A stretch of DNA of 28,550 bases, from positions 1-28,550 of the IMG/VR virus record IMGVR_UViG_3300005611_000155; one strand, written 5' to 3'. Source of the stretch: a virus (taxonomy: Duplodnaviria; Caudoviricetes). The notes beneath the pieces were generated by a model, which saw only the letters and a program-made list of their open reading frames with translations, was not told the origin of the DNA and ran no database searches. Both the position numbers and the translations under genes were made by a program. Within the stretch, counting starts at the first letter, position 1. Every line of letters begins with the position of its first letter. Shown one piece after another: positions 1-8,106 of the stretch.

Positions 1-113
1 TCTTCTTTACCCCCGTATCGAGAATATTTCATACCCTCTTCTGACATATTAAAGCGGTAAAGATTGTCGTCATACTTGACGTAACTATATTCTACACCGT
101 GTCTATTTTTCAT
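1..113 (-). CDS. Hypothetical protein, runs off the window edge (MKNRHGVEYSYVKYDDNLYRF...)
   Basis: ATG at 113 overlaps the TGA of the upstream gene, preceded by GGGGG; open to position 1. Confidence 0.6.
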   Translation of the reverse strand, partial: MKNRHGVEYSYVKYDDNLYRFNMSEEGMKYSRYGGKE

Positions 114-355
114 CACTCACCCCCATTGCTTTCTTTTAGCTTGGCTTCAACAGCGTCTTTGATGTCTTCGTAAATCTGTTTCTTCTTTGCACGGAGACGC
201 TCCACTCTCTCCTGCTCACTTAACTTCTTATCTATGTAACTCAAATCATCGTGACCCTGCAAATCTATGACTCGTTTTTCAAGTAGCTTAATGCGCTCAT
301 ACAAGCTATCAACACACTCACAATGGTCTAGGTCTGTACATTCTGTTCCGCTCAT
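113..355 (-). CDS. Hypothetical coiled-coil protein, 80 aa
   Basis: GGAGAG RBS; TGATG coupling to the next gene. Confidence 0.65.
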   Translation of the reverse strand: MSGTECTDLDHCECVDSLYERIKLLEKRVIDLQGHDDLSYIDKKLSEQERVERLRAKKKQIYEDIKDAVEAKLKESNGGE

Positions 356-372
356 TACTCACTCTCCTATTG

Positions 373-440
373 TGTCCAAAAACAAGGATTTTATAGACAT
401 ATGGACACCCTTATGTCCAAAAACTGGGACTTTATAGACA
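373..440. repeat. Two direct copies of the imperfect palindrome TGTCCAAAAA-N7-TTTATAGACA
   Basis: 373-399 spacer CAAGGAT; 414-440 spacer CTGGGAC; arms identical between copies, 8/10 inverted match within a copy. Confidence 0.9.
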
Positions 441-506
441 CTTTTATGCGCCCAATAAGTATAAATATCCCACTTTTATGCACCTTATAAGTTGCGTAAG
501 AAACTT

Positions 507-608
507 TTATATTGCTTCAACCAACTTATACAGCGAAGTCATCAATAAAAAAACCAGCCCTGCCATCAACAACAGATATATCAATTCTTCTTTCTGGTCA
601 TCTTTCAT
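507..608 (-). CDS. Small membrane protein, 33 aa (MKDDQKEELIYLLLMAGLVFLLMTSLYKLVEAI)
   Basis: Manually translated; one hydrophobic helix; start overlaps the end of the upstream gene. Confidence 0.45.
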   Translation of the reverse strand: MKDDQKEELIYLLLMAGLVFLLMTSLYKLVEAI

Positions 609-780
609 TTTTAAAACTCCTGTTAATATTAAAACCATCAGTTGTCAGAAAAAGAACCAGCTTTACCATGTCTTCTGTCTCGACAGTTATCGCTGTTGGG
701 GGTGAAGAGTCTGCTTGATGCATGTAGTGATGATCCAAAAGGTTCAAAGCCCACTGCAAAATCTCCTGTCTATTCTTCAT
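598..780 (-). CDS. Hypothetical protein
   Basis: ATG at 780 with AAGGAG RBS; tiles with neighbours. Confidence 0.55.
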   Translation of the reverse strand: MKNRQEILQWALNLLDHHYMHQADSSPPTAITVETEDMVKLVLFLTTDGFNINRSFKNER

Positions 781-937
781 CGCAGTCTCCTTCATAGTTC
801 TCACCCTTACCATGATAGACAATGACAACAGCTTCACAGCATGAGCAAGACAGGTTCGTCTCAATCAAATAGATTCCCGACTCATCATCGTTGTCACCAC
901 CCCAGATAAGCTCACTTCCACATGCCCAGCATTCCAT
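770..937 (-). CDS. Small zinc-ribbon protein (CWAC...LIWGGD...CSCC)
   Basis: Two CxxC motifs; GGAGG RBS before ATG 937. Confidence 0.7.
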   Translation of the reverse strand: MECWACGSELIWGGDNDDESGIYLIETNLSCSCCEAVVIVYHGKGENYEGDCDEE

Positions 938-1139
938 TGCTACCCTCCTCTTTCCAGAACGTGTTACCGTGAGACTGGCCAATTACCAGACCAACATCCT
1001 CTGGGTCTACGCAATACCTGTTGTCATGGTCTCCCTTCCTGTGCTTATCAAAGTTTCTAGTGGTGCTGAAAAACTCACCACATACCACGCACTGGCATCG
1101 ACTCTTTGTTCCCTTAAGAACTGCATTTGTTCTAGGCAT
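912..1139 (-). CDS. FDXHR-type zinc-binding phage protein
   Basis: CQCVVCGEFFSTTRNFDKHR...C motif; GAGG RBS before ATG 1139. Confidence 0.7.
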   Translation of the reverse strand: MPRTNAVLKGTKSRCQCVVCGEFFSTTRNFDKHRKGDHDNRYCVDPEDVGLVIGQSHGNTFWKEEGSNGMLGMWK

Positions 1140-1566
1140 AATCTTCCTCGCTTGGGGGTGGTGGTACAGCAAACCCCATCTCTGCCGCAACATTGATCAG
1201 CACATCGATCAGCTCTGAATACTCTCTGGTGTCTGTTCCAGAGCTTCTTTGTAGCGGTCTTCGCATCACACCAAACTTTGTTTCTATCTCTTCACTGCCG
1301 TAGCAAATGCACAGCAACTCATTGTGCATTTCATCGGGGGTCATGCCGCAGTGTTTAGCAAACTGATTGCACCACTTGCGATAGTAATTCTCTTGGGATC
1401 TGGTGTGGTTCTTCTTAACCTTACTGATTGAAACTGTCACACCATGCGTTGCTGTCTTAAGCATCTCCATTAGATCATTACTCCGCTCAACCTCTACTGC
1501 GGCAACGAACTCTTGCAGAGAGAGCATAAGCTCTCTCTCTGTAGGCCAAATCTTAAGCGTGATCAT
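1132..1566 (-). CDS. NinB/YbcN-like recombination protein
   Basis: HTRSQENYYRKW...EMHNELL...SSGTDTREYSELID pattern; position next to SSB and annealase. Confidence 0.6.
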   Translation of the reverse strand: MITLKIWPTERELMLSLQEFVAAVEVERSNDLMEMLKTATHGVTVSISKVKKNHTRSQENYYRKWCNQFAKHCGMTPDEMHNELLCICYGSEEIETKFGVMRRPLQRSSGTDTREYSELIDVLINVAAEMGFAVPPPPSEEDYA

Positions 1567-1955
1567 CAGAACGGAATCTCTTCGTCAATGTCTTGCTTAG
1601 GTGCACTGCCACCACGATTGCCATAGCCGCCACCATTATTGCTGTAGCCCCTATTGCCACCACCGTAACTGCCACCGCCATTACCGCCAGACTTCTTGCG
1701 CCCGCCAGTGTAGATCTCATTCGATGCATACAAGAACACCTCACCGTCATCCTTTCTTCGCTTCCATGCCGCCACATCTATCTGCAGTACGGGGTCTTCG
1801 TTGTTAGCGCGAGACCGCTCATAGATCTCAATCAAACCTGCAAGCTGTTGCGGTGTTAGCTTTAGGTAACCAACAAAGTCAGGATGTGTGTCCTTTTCCT
1901 TGCGCTTGTTGGCGTTCAGATAAAAGCCGTCACCCTTGATGTTAAGATCGCTCAT
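1566..1955 (-). CDS. Putative single-stranded DNA-binding protein
   Basis: KEKDTHPDFVG N-terminus, Gly-rich linker, acidic tip DIDEEIPF. Confidence 0.75.
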   Translation of the reverse strand: MSDLNIKGDGFYLNANKRKEKDTHPDFVGYLKLTPQQLAGLIEIYERSRANNEDPVLQIDVAAWKRRKDDGEVFLYASNEIYTGGRKKSGGNGGGSYGGGNRGYSNNGGGYGNRGGSAPKQDIDEEIPF

Positions 1956-2689
1956 TATTTCTCTCCCTTTTCAATAAGTTCACGCAGTCCTGTAAAGCCC
2001 TGCTGTAGTTTTGCTCTTGCCTCGGGGAAGTGCTTCTCAAGCTTCTGAATTAAGCTCATGTTTGCACTCCAAAAGGACTTCATGTCGCCAACCGTTTCGG
2101 CAAAACCACTGACGGTCTTGACCATTAGATCGACAACCTCGTCAGCCATAGTTGCGTCCCAGTTCTCAACATCATTAGGGAACGGAGACTCACCAGACTT
2201 AACCTTCTCGGATAGGTTCTTTACCATATCCTCATCATTCTTCGGAACAGCCTTGGGCTTGGCTGTCTTCTTGGCAACAGGCTCATCCTCTGTCACCGTT
2301 GGCACATCAGATCCGGCATATATAAAATGTCCGAGACCCCACAATGCAAAGTTTTTGACCAAGCATCTCATCTTGGAATCAGATATCTTTCTGGCATCCG
2401 GTGCTTTGATGGCATTGTTTCTGTTATCCATTACCGGTAGCCACATCTCTCTATAAAGGTCGCCAATGCTTACCCTGCAAGACACGGTGACCGAGTCGTC
2501 TGGGTGCAGTGTGTCCTCACAGAAGTAGAACTGCACATCTGGATAGTTCTGCATCATGATCTCCCATGCCCAAGCCCAGCTTAGGTATGACAGCTCACGA
2601 TTCCCCTGCCCAATCTTCTGAATCTTCCCGGAACAATCTATCTTGGATAGAGTATTCCAGACCTCTGCATACGTTGTTTTAGTTGTCAT
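1955..2689 (-). CDS. Sak3/DUF1071 Rad52-like single-strand annealing protein
   Basis: LSYLSWAWAW, MWLPVMDNRN and MRCLVKNFALWGLG motifs. Confidence 0.85.
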   Translation of the reverse strand: MTTKTTYAEVWNTLSKIDCSGKIQKIGQGNRELSYLSWAWAWEIMMQNYPDVQFYFCEDTLHPDDSVTVSCRVSIGDLYREMWLPVMDNRNNAIKAPDARKISDSKMRCLVKNFALWGLGHFIYAGSDVPTVTEDEPVAKKTAKPKAVPKNDEDMVKNLSEKVKSGESPFPNDVENWDATMADEVVDLMVKTVSGFAETVGDMKSFWSANMSLIQKLEKHFPEARAKLQQGFTGLRELIEKGEK

Positions 2690-2699
2690 AATATTCCCT

Positions 2700-2990
2700 C
2701 TAGTTTTGTGATGAAAATGGATTCCTGCTAAACCCCTTTAGGTCAGACCGGAACTTGGTACCGTCAATGTTGTAGAACTTGAGTAGTGATCGCTCGATAA
2801 TATCTCTGATCTCTACAGGCTCTAACTGCATAAACATTAATGATGGAATAAGTATTAAGTCCTTCTCCTTCCCATCATGTATGAACGCAAACCTCACCCT
2901 GTCACCTCTGAGACTTGCCGATAGGCTTGGCAATCTAAACATCTGCCAAAGACCGATCATTTTTTTGTCAACCATCTCGTTGGTCAGCAT
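2700..2990 (-). CDS. Hypothetical protein
   Basis: GGAG RBS; fills the gap between exonuclease and annealase. Confidence 0.6.
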   Translation of the reverse strand: MLTNEMVDKKMIGLWQMFRLPSLSASLRGDRVRFAFIHDGKEKDLILIPSLMFMQLEPVEIRDIIERSLLKFYNIDGTKFRSDLKGFSRNPFSSQN

Positions 2991-3858
2991 CTATTTCTCC
3001 CGTGTATTGATCGCACCACTGAGATACCCTACACCAGTCCCCAGAACAGCGGACACACTCACCATCCCGAGTCTCAACGTAGTGTTCACTACCAAGCGCC
3101 TCGACCTGCTCTTCTGCTGTCTTAATAGAGTCATGAACTTTGATTGCCCGAACACGACCAAATTTCTTAACCGCATAGGTGGTCGGCTTAGTCCATCGTT
3201 CCTTGTCTGAACACAGCGGTAGCTCGCCACCAGATACATAGTTAAACTCTGCGGCTTGGTGCAAGGTGACACGCTCATGCATATAATCATCCTGCTCACC
3301 ATCAGACCACCTTGGTATGTTGACAATCATGATGGGCGAGATGGGGTAGTCACCATCGCCCGCCTTTCTTCGTTGCCAGTCTCTGAGTATGGCAATGATC
3401 CGAAGACCCTCGACCTTGCACCCCTTAGATTTGCGAACAAGCCAAGCATAGGCATTCAATTGATTGTGCCACTCGACCTTGTCGTTCATCACAGACCAAG
3501 CCGAGGTCACCTTGTAGTCTGAAATAATCACGCTCTTTGGGGTAACATAAGTTTGCAGATCGATTGCACCCGATATCTTCCACCCCATGTACTCAACAAA
3601 CAGGCGCTCTTCTGATAGCGAGTCACCCTCTTCGGTGGCATCTTCAAACACGTTATGCATGGCAGTACCAAACCGAGACCACAAGTAATCAACCACATCC
3701 ATCTCGATCTCATCGTCATGCTTGCGCTTTAGGATGCCAACCCGAGGCGAGTCAATCAGTGTGGTAACACTAATGTTACTATCGCCCCTGCTGTAGGTGT
3801 CCTTGGTCAGTGCTTTGACCACCACCTCTGGCAGTTGAAACTTGTTAGTTGTTTTCAT
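2968..3858 (-). CDS. PD-(D/E)XK (Cas4/RecB-like) exonuclease
   Basis: GTAMH, SGAIDL, DYK, QLNAY motifs and C-terminal Cys cluster; start re-called to ATG 3858. Confidence 0.85.
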   Translation of the reverse strand: MKTTNKFQLPEVVVKALTKDTYSRGDSNISVTTLIDSPRVGILKRKHDDEIEMDVVDYLWSRFGTAMHNVFEDATEEGDSLSEERLFVEYMGWKISGAIDLQTYVTPKSVIISDYKVTSAWSVMNDKVEWHNQLNAYAWLVRKSKGCKVEGLRIIAILRDWQRRKAGDGDYPISPIMIVNIPRWSDGEQDDYMHERVTLHQAAEFNYVSGGELPLCSDKERWTKPTTYAVKKFGRVRAIKVHDSIKTAEEQVEALGSEHYVETRDGECVRCSGDWCRVSQWCDQYTGEIDADQRDG

Positions 3859-4147
3859 TTGATATCCTATAGAATCGAACGCCTCGATCATCGCCCTTAG
3901 ATTCTTTTCTGATTGAAAACAGAAAGTCTGGATTATTTTCTTGATACCTCAATGCCCGAGACCGTAGCGCTGATACCTTTCTATTGCTATGATCATCGTC
4001 AGTGGTCACCAAAAAGAATGACTGCCCAACTTCCATCTGAGTAAAGGTCTTTTCTATGTTCTCCGGCAATGACTCCCTCGATAAACGGAAGTCCCTTTTT
4101 AGCGGGACATCTTCTAGTTTTAATGTAGTGTCTTGTTTGGCTGTCAT
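3845..4147 (-). CDS. Putative small DNA-binding phage protein
   Basis: MEVGQSFF...FSIRKE...GVRFYRI pattern common in phages; GGGAG RBS before ATG 4147. Confidence 0.55.
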   Translation of the reverse strand: MTAKQDTTLKLEDVPLKRDFRLSRESLPENIEKTFTQMEVGQSFFLVTTDDDHSNRKVSALRSRALRYQENNPDFLFSIRKESKGDDRGVRFYRISNENN

Positions 4148-4255
4148 ATTCGATAGCTCCCTGTTCTTCCAAATCAATAATTAACTGTCCGATCTTGCTC
4201 ATAAGATGTTACCTTTAATAACAATCCGAAACAAGTATAAACTAGGAGTTGTACT

Positions 4256-4648
4256 ATGACAAGTGTTTGGTTTACGATAGATGGCGAACCTGCAAGTAAA
4301 GCGAACAGCAGGCAACTGGTCACTATAAAGGGTAGACCTGCCTTCATTAAGAGCAAGAAGGCTAGGGATTACGTCAAAACATTCCAAGACCAGTGCCCGT
4401 GCTTAGAACAAAAACTAGAGGGAGACCTGTGGGTTGATATCAAAATATTCTATGCAAGTCGGAGACCCGATCTCGATGAGTCGGTTATTCTAGACTGTAT
4501 GCAGGATTACATTTACGAGAACGACCGGCAGGTTAAACAAAAATTCGTACACTGGGCACTCGATAAAGAAAACCCAAGAGCGCAAATTGTAGTAGGAACA
4601 ATGGATGATAAAATGTCTGGAAGAGAACATCGTTACCCAAGCGATTAA
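4256..4648 (+). CDS. rusA: RusA-family Holliday junction resolvase
   Basis: GEPASKANSR, RPDLD, YENDRQV, ENPRAQI motifs; AGGAG RBS. Confidence 0.88.
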   Translation: MTSVWFTIDGEPASKANSRQLVTIKGRPAFIKSKKARDYVKTFQDQCPCLEQKLEGDLWVDIKIFYASRRPDLDESVILDCMQDYIYENDRQVKQKFVHWALDKENPRAQIVVGTMDDKMSGREHRYPSD

Positions 4649-4847
4649 AGATTTGGGTGACAAGGAAGAGTTTTGCAGGGTGGAAGCACTGCTGTTCTTT
4701 GTGGGTGGTGATCACCTTCCACATTGTAAGAGTGCCGGACTCGATGGTGACGCAATAGAGCAGTCAGTCATTAAGATTGCCAAGGAGTCTGGTGCCAGAA
4801 GAGCGAAGATGATTAAGGATTTAATCAAAGACATTCCTAGATACTAG
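4605..4847 (+). CDS. Hypothetical protein
   Basis: IVTQAIKD motif; tiles downstream of rusA. Confidence 0.55.
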   Translation: MIKCLEENIVTQAIKDLGDKEEFCRVEALLFFVGGDHLPHCKSAGLDGDAIEQSVIKIAKESGARRAKMIKDLIKDIPRY

Positions 4848-4934
4848 GAATATTTCTAGGACTATAAGTATTCCTAGTTATTTATATATTAGGAATGTTT
4901 CTAGGACTAGGAATATTTCTAAGACTAGGAATAC
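4834..4934. repeat. Cluster of CTAGGAATATTTCTAG-like palindromic repeats (possible origin iterons)
   Basis: Units at 4844-4859, 4862-4877, 4889-4904, 4907-4922 plus half-sites; AT-rich; directly upstream of the primase-helicase. Confidence 0.8.
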
Positions 4935-4972
4935 AAACAGAAGATTGTACAAAATAAGGGAGAGTTGAAACC

Positions 4973-6751
4973 ATGTCAACAGTGTTGGATGAATTTTTAT
5001 CAACCGTACGTCAAAGCGCACGATATGTGTGCCCAATGTGCTCAAAAGATCGTAAGAAAAAGACCGACAGAACACTAAGTGTCACCGTTGATACTGATGG
5101 CACCAAGTATTTCTGCCATCACTGCGGAATCTCTGGGGTCAAAGCAGAGAAACCATACTACGAAAAGTATCTAGATCAACAAGACACCGTGTCTACTGTT
5201 CGTGCAATTTCTGTGCCAAAGTTATCAGATGGCGGGCAGATAGAGGCATCATTAAGCAACAGGGGTATTGATTACTCGAAGGTTAAAGACAAGTTCAACA
5301 TTGTCACTGGCAATAAATACTTTAGACAGAGCGGCAACCTAGAGGCGGGAGAGGTTCCTGCCATTGGATTCGTTTATGGCAACAACGAAGCTGTCAAATG
5401 GCGATCCTGTGCAGATAAGAGGTTCACCCAAGACGGTGCGGCAAGAACGCTGTGGGGCATCGATGCTGTACGAAAGCAAGGGGGTGCTGAATTATTGGTG
5501 ATCACTGAGGGTGAGTACGATGCTCTGTGTGTGGCATCGGTAATGGATGAGGCTGTTGTTTCTGTGCCGAACGGTGCGCCACAGAAGATATCTAACCGCG
5601 AGATAGATCCCAACGAAGACACTAAGTTTGCCTACATCTGGGATGCTAAGGATGTCATCAACGAGTGCAAGAAAATCATACTGGTCACAGACAATGACGA
5701 GGCAGGCGAGGCGTTAAGAGAAGAGCTTGCCAGACGCATCGGCAGAGCCAAGTGTTACAGCGTTACCTATCCAGATGATTGTAAGGATGCCAATGATGTT
5801 CTTAGGAAGTACGGTGAGGATGCAGTCACCGCCTTAGTCCAAGGCGCAGAACCCATGCCACTCGAGGGTGTATATACAGTCGATGATTACAAGGTCGATG
5901 TTAAACATCTATACTCGAATGGCATGATGGGCGGCTTGTCTACAGGAATGCCCTCGGTCGATGAGTTGTTCACCATCAAGCAGGGTCAGTTGTCTGTTGT
6001 CACTGGTGTTCCCGGCTCTGGCAAGTCAGAGTTCATCGATCAACTCATGGTAAACCTAGCCAAGCAGTATGACTGGAAGTTTGCTGTCGCATCGTTCGAG
6101 AACCCACCACCCCTTCACATTGCCAAGATCGCTGAGAAGATTGTGGGCAAACCCTTCTTCGATGGCATGACCCCAAGGATGTCACAGCAGGAAGCAGACG
6201 AGGCGCTCGACTACATCCATGATCATTGGATGTTCCTCGAGCAGAGGGGTGGTGAAGCAACAACACTAGACTCCATCCTCGACAGGGCACAACAGGCTGT
6301 GATGCGGATGGGGGTGCGCGGACTGGTGATTGATCCGTACAATTACATTGCACAATCACAGAAGGTAGACAACGAGCACCAAGGTATTAACGAGATGCTG
6401 ACCAGACTGGTATCGTTTGCCAGATCCAATGGCATTCATATCTGGTTCATCGCTCACCCCGCGAAGATGCCAACCGATCAAGACGGCAAGACCGCAGTAC
6501 CAAAGGGCATGAACATCTCTGGTAGTGCCGCCTTCTTCGCCAAGGCAGATCTTGGGGTGACGGTTCACCAGAATAAGAACAAGGAAGTGGAGATCCATTG
6601 TTGGAAGGTGAGATTCAAATGGCTAGGCAGTGTTGGCAAGACCACGCTACACTATGACATCCCGACTGGTCGATATTCTGAGGCTAAGTATGACATCCGT
6701 ATGCCAGAATCCATCAAATCTTACCAAGAAAAAGATGAAGACTGGTTCTAA
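4973..6751 (+). CDS. Bifunctional primase-helicase (T7 gp4/Twinkle-like)
   Basis: Zn finger CPMC..CHHC, TOPRIM ITEGEYD/DND/KDAND, Walker A GVPGSGKS, Walker B LVIDPY, IAHP. Confidence 0.95.
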   Translation: MSTVLDEFLSTVRQSARYVCPMCSKDRKKKTDRTLSVTVDTDGTKYFCHHCGISGVKAEKPYYEKYLDQQDTVSTVRAISVPKLSDGGQIEASLSNRGIDYSKVKDKFNIVTGNKYFRQSGNLEAGEVPAIGFVYGNNEAVKWRSCADKRFTQDGAARTLWGIDAVRKQGGAELLVITEGEYDALCVASVMDEAVVSVPNGAPQKISNREIDPNEDTKFAYIWDAKDVINECKKIILVTDNDEAGEALREELARRIGRAKCYSVTYPDDCKDANDVLRKYGEDAVTALVQGAEPMPLEGVYTVDDYKVDVKHLYSNGMMGGLSTGMPSVDELFTIKQGQLSVVTGVPGSGKSEFIDQLMVNLAKQYDWKFAVASFENPPPLHIAKIAEKIVGKPFFDGMTPRMSQQEADEALDYIHDHWMFLEQRGGEATTLDSILDRAQQAVMRMGVRGLVIDPYNYIAQSQKVDNEHQGINEMLTRLVSFARSNGIHIWFIAHPAKMPTDQDGKTAVPKGMNISGSAAFFAKADLGVTVHQNKNKEVEIHCWKVRFKWLGSVGKTTLHYDIPTGRYSEAKYDIRMPESIKSYQEKDEDWF

Positions 6752-7166
6752 GGTCAACGACATTGGCTCGCTTCAGCTTCACAGTAAGCATGACATTGTC
6801 ATAGAAACACTAGACACTGGTCTCGCTCGGGCTACCATTCGGGATCAGTTGTTTATTGACAAGCTGTTGCTTGCAGGTCTGATCACATTGCATCAGCACT
6901 CTCGGGCAGGGTATTTTTTAAGGCTTGCTGAGTTGGCATCAGTCCACCTGTGCTCACCCAGTCTTAGCCCTATAGTGTCTGGTGGTGTTAGGAAGTCTGA
7001 CCTATACAATCGAGGCTTAATTAAATTGTCTCGAGCATTGAAGGATGTGCGACACCTTCACGGTCAGTTGGGAGTTGATGTGATACAGGATCACATCATC
7101 GAAGACAGGCACACAAAAGATCCAGTTCGGATCGATGCCATCAGAGCGGTGCTTTCCCAGACATAA
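6735..7166 (+). CDS. Hypothetical protein
   Basis: Start re-called to ATG 6735 overlapping the helicase 3' end. Confidence 0.6.
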   Translation: MKTGSKVNDIGSLQLHSKHDIVIETLDTGLARATIRDQLFIDKLLLAGLITLHQHSRAGYFLRLAELASVHLCSPSLSPIVSGGVRKSDLYNRGLIKLSRALKDVRHLHGQLGVDVIQDHIIEDRHTKDPVRIDAIRAVLSQT

Positions 7167-7198
7167 AAAGTTTCACCATAAACACATTGAGGGAATAC

Positions 7199-7351
7199 AT
7201 GAAGTATAAAATGGTTGTTAAAGCAGGTGATAGAATCTTTGTGAAAAAAAGAAGCAAAAGCAAAGAGCACTTGGAAAATATGGCAATCGCTTTAAGCAAA
7301 AAGAAACCGTATATGACTGTGTATGTTGTATCAGAAAACACACGCATATAA
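7199..7351 (+). CDS. Small basic protein, 50 aa (MKYKMVVKAGDRIFVKKRSKSKEHLENMAIALSKKKPYMTVYVVSENTRI)
   Basis: GAGGG RBS; AT-rich; flanked by 14/15 bp direct repeats. Confidence 0.6.
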   Translation: MKYKMVVKAGDRIFVKKRSKSKEHLENMAIALSKKKPYMTVYVVSENTRI

Positions 7352-7371
7352 AGAGACGATCTCCCAGACAC

Positions 7372-7396
7372 AAAAAAAGCCCTCTAAAAAGAGGGC
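7372..7396 (-). terminator. Rho-independent terminator for leftward transcription
   Basis: Minus strand GCCCTC-TTTTTA-GAGGGC followed by T7, between convergent gene blocks. Confidence 0.85.
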
Positions 7397-7567
7397 AATG
7401 TGGAGGGAAAAACCATGAACTGAGCGAGTGCTCGAGCCGATAGTCTCACACCGTCTGATAGAATACAAGTGTGGTTGTCGATAACGTTGGCGTTGTTATG
7501 AACACAAGCCCGATACGCACGGCACATTACCTGTCGATGCAACCACTCACCGTTTATGGAGTTCGGG

Positions 7568-7783
7568 CTAGTGCATTACATTCTGATCACTTTTCTCGGC
7601 AATCAAAACTTTTTTAAATTCATTCAACATAAGAATCCAGTTGGTCACAAACTCTATCTTCAGATCATCTTCGATTAAGTTAAACTCATTGCGCACCCTA
7701 ATAGACAAACCTAAGGTGTTCTCGTTAGCCTCTATTGTTAAAGCCATAGCGACGGCTCCGATGTCTTCATTCTCTTCATTCAT
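7568..7783 (-). CDS. Hypothetical protein
   Basis: GGGAG RBS before ATG 7783. Confidence 0.55.
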   Translation of the reverse strand: MNEENEDIGAVAMALTIEANENTLGLSIRVRNEFNLIEDDLKIEFVTNWILMLNEFKKVLIAEKSDQNVMH

Positions 7784-7940
7784 ACCGTTGCTCCCTTGGA
7801 TGCACCACCTCAACAGCCTTTAGCTGAGTGTATGGGGTAGCCTCATGCACACTCAGATCACTGAGTATGCAATAAGACTTCCCAAACCTGTCAGCCATCG
7901 CCTGTGCGGCATTGATCGCCACCACTGCATCATCAATCAT
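7776..7940 (-). CDS. Hypothetical protein (MIDDAVVAINAAQAMA...)
   Basis: Start re-called to ATG 7940 overlapping the upstream stop. Confidence 0.55.
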   Translation of the reverse strand: MIDDAVVAINAAQAMADRFGKSYCILSDLSVHEATPYTQLKAVEVVHPREQRYE

Positions 7941-8106
7941 CTCTTTTATACCTTCCGATAAGTCGTACTGCGGCATCTCTTGTTCGGAATTCGTTTGATG
8001 CTTCATGGATTCTCTCCAAGCCTCGAACCAACTCACTTACTGCATCCTCTGCATCATACAATCGCCTTAACAATGCCTCATATTTTTCTGACTCTAACTC
8101 TATCAT
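7933..8106 (-). CDS. Hypothetical coiled-coil protein (MIELESEKYEALL...)
   Basis: AGGAG RBS before ATG 8106. Confidence 0.5.
   Translation of the reverse strand: MIELESEKYEALLRRLYDAEDAVSELVRGLERIHEASNEFRTRDAAVRLIGRYKRDD

Noticed and set aside
2094-2145. Minus-strand CUGACGA...GAAAC resembling a third hammerhead (CUGACGA also at 3996-4002)
   Set aside because: Inside coding sequence, with no convincing stems I and III or cleavage triplet
2968-3858. Cas4-like nuclease as evidence of CRISPR-Cas
   Set aside because: No cas genes or array; annealase/SSB context indicates a recombination exonuclease
3999-4202. 67-aa ORF MSKIGQLIIDLEEQG overlapping gene 3845..4147 by about 150 bp
   Set aside because: The N-terminus looks like a plausible small phage protein, but the long overlap cannot be validated from sequence alone; left uncalled
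7141-7371. 76-aa hydrophobic minus-strand ORF
   Set aside because: Lies downstream of the leftward terminator and is antisense to a plus-strand ORF with a better RBS
7471-7569. HDV-like ribozyme assignment for the pseudoknot
   Set aside because: The segment between the crossing helices is too long and lacks the P3/L3/P1.1 pattern; kept only as an unassigned structure
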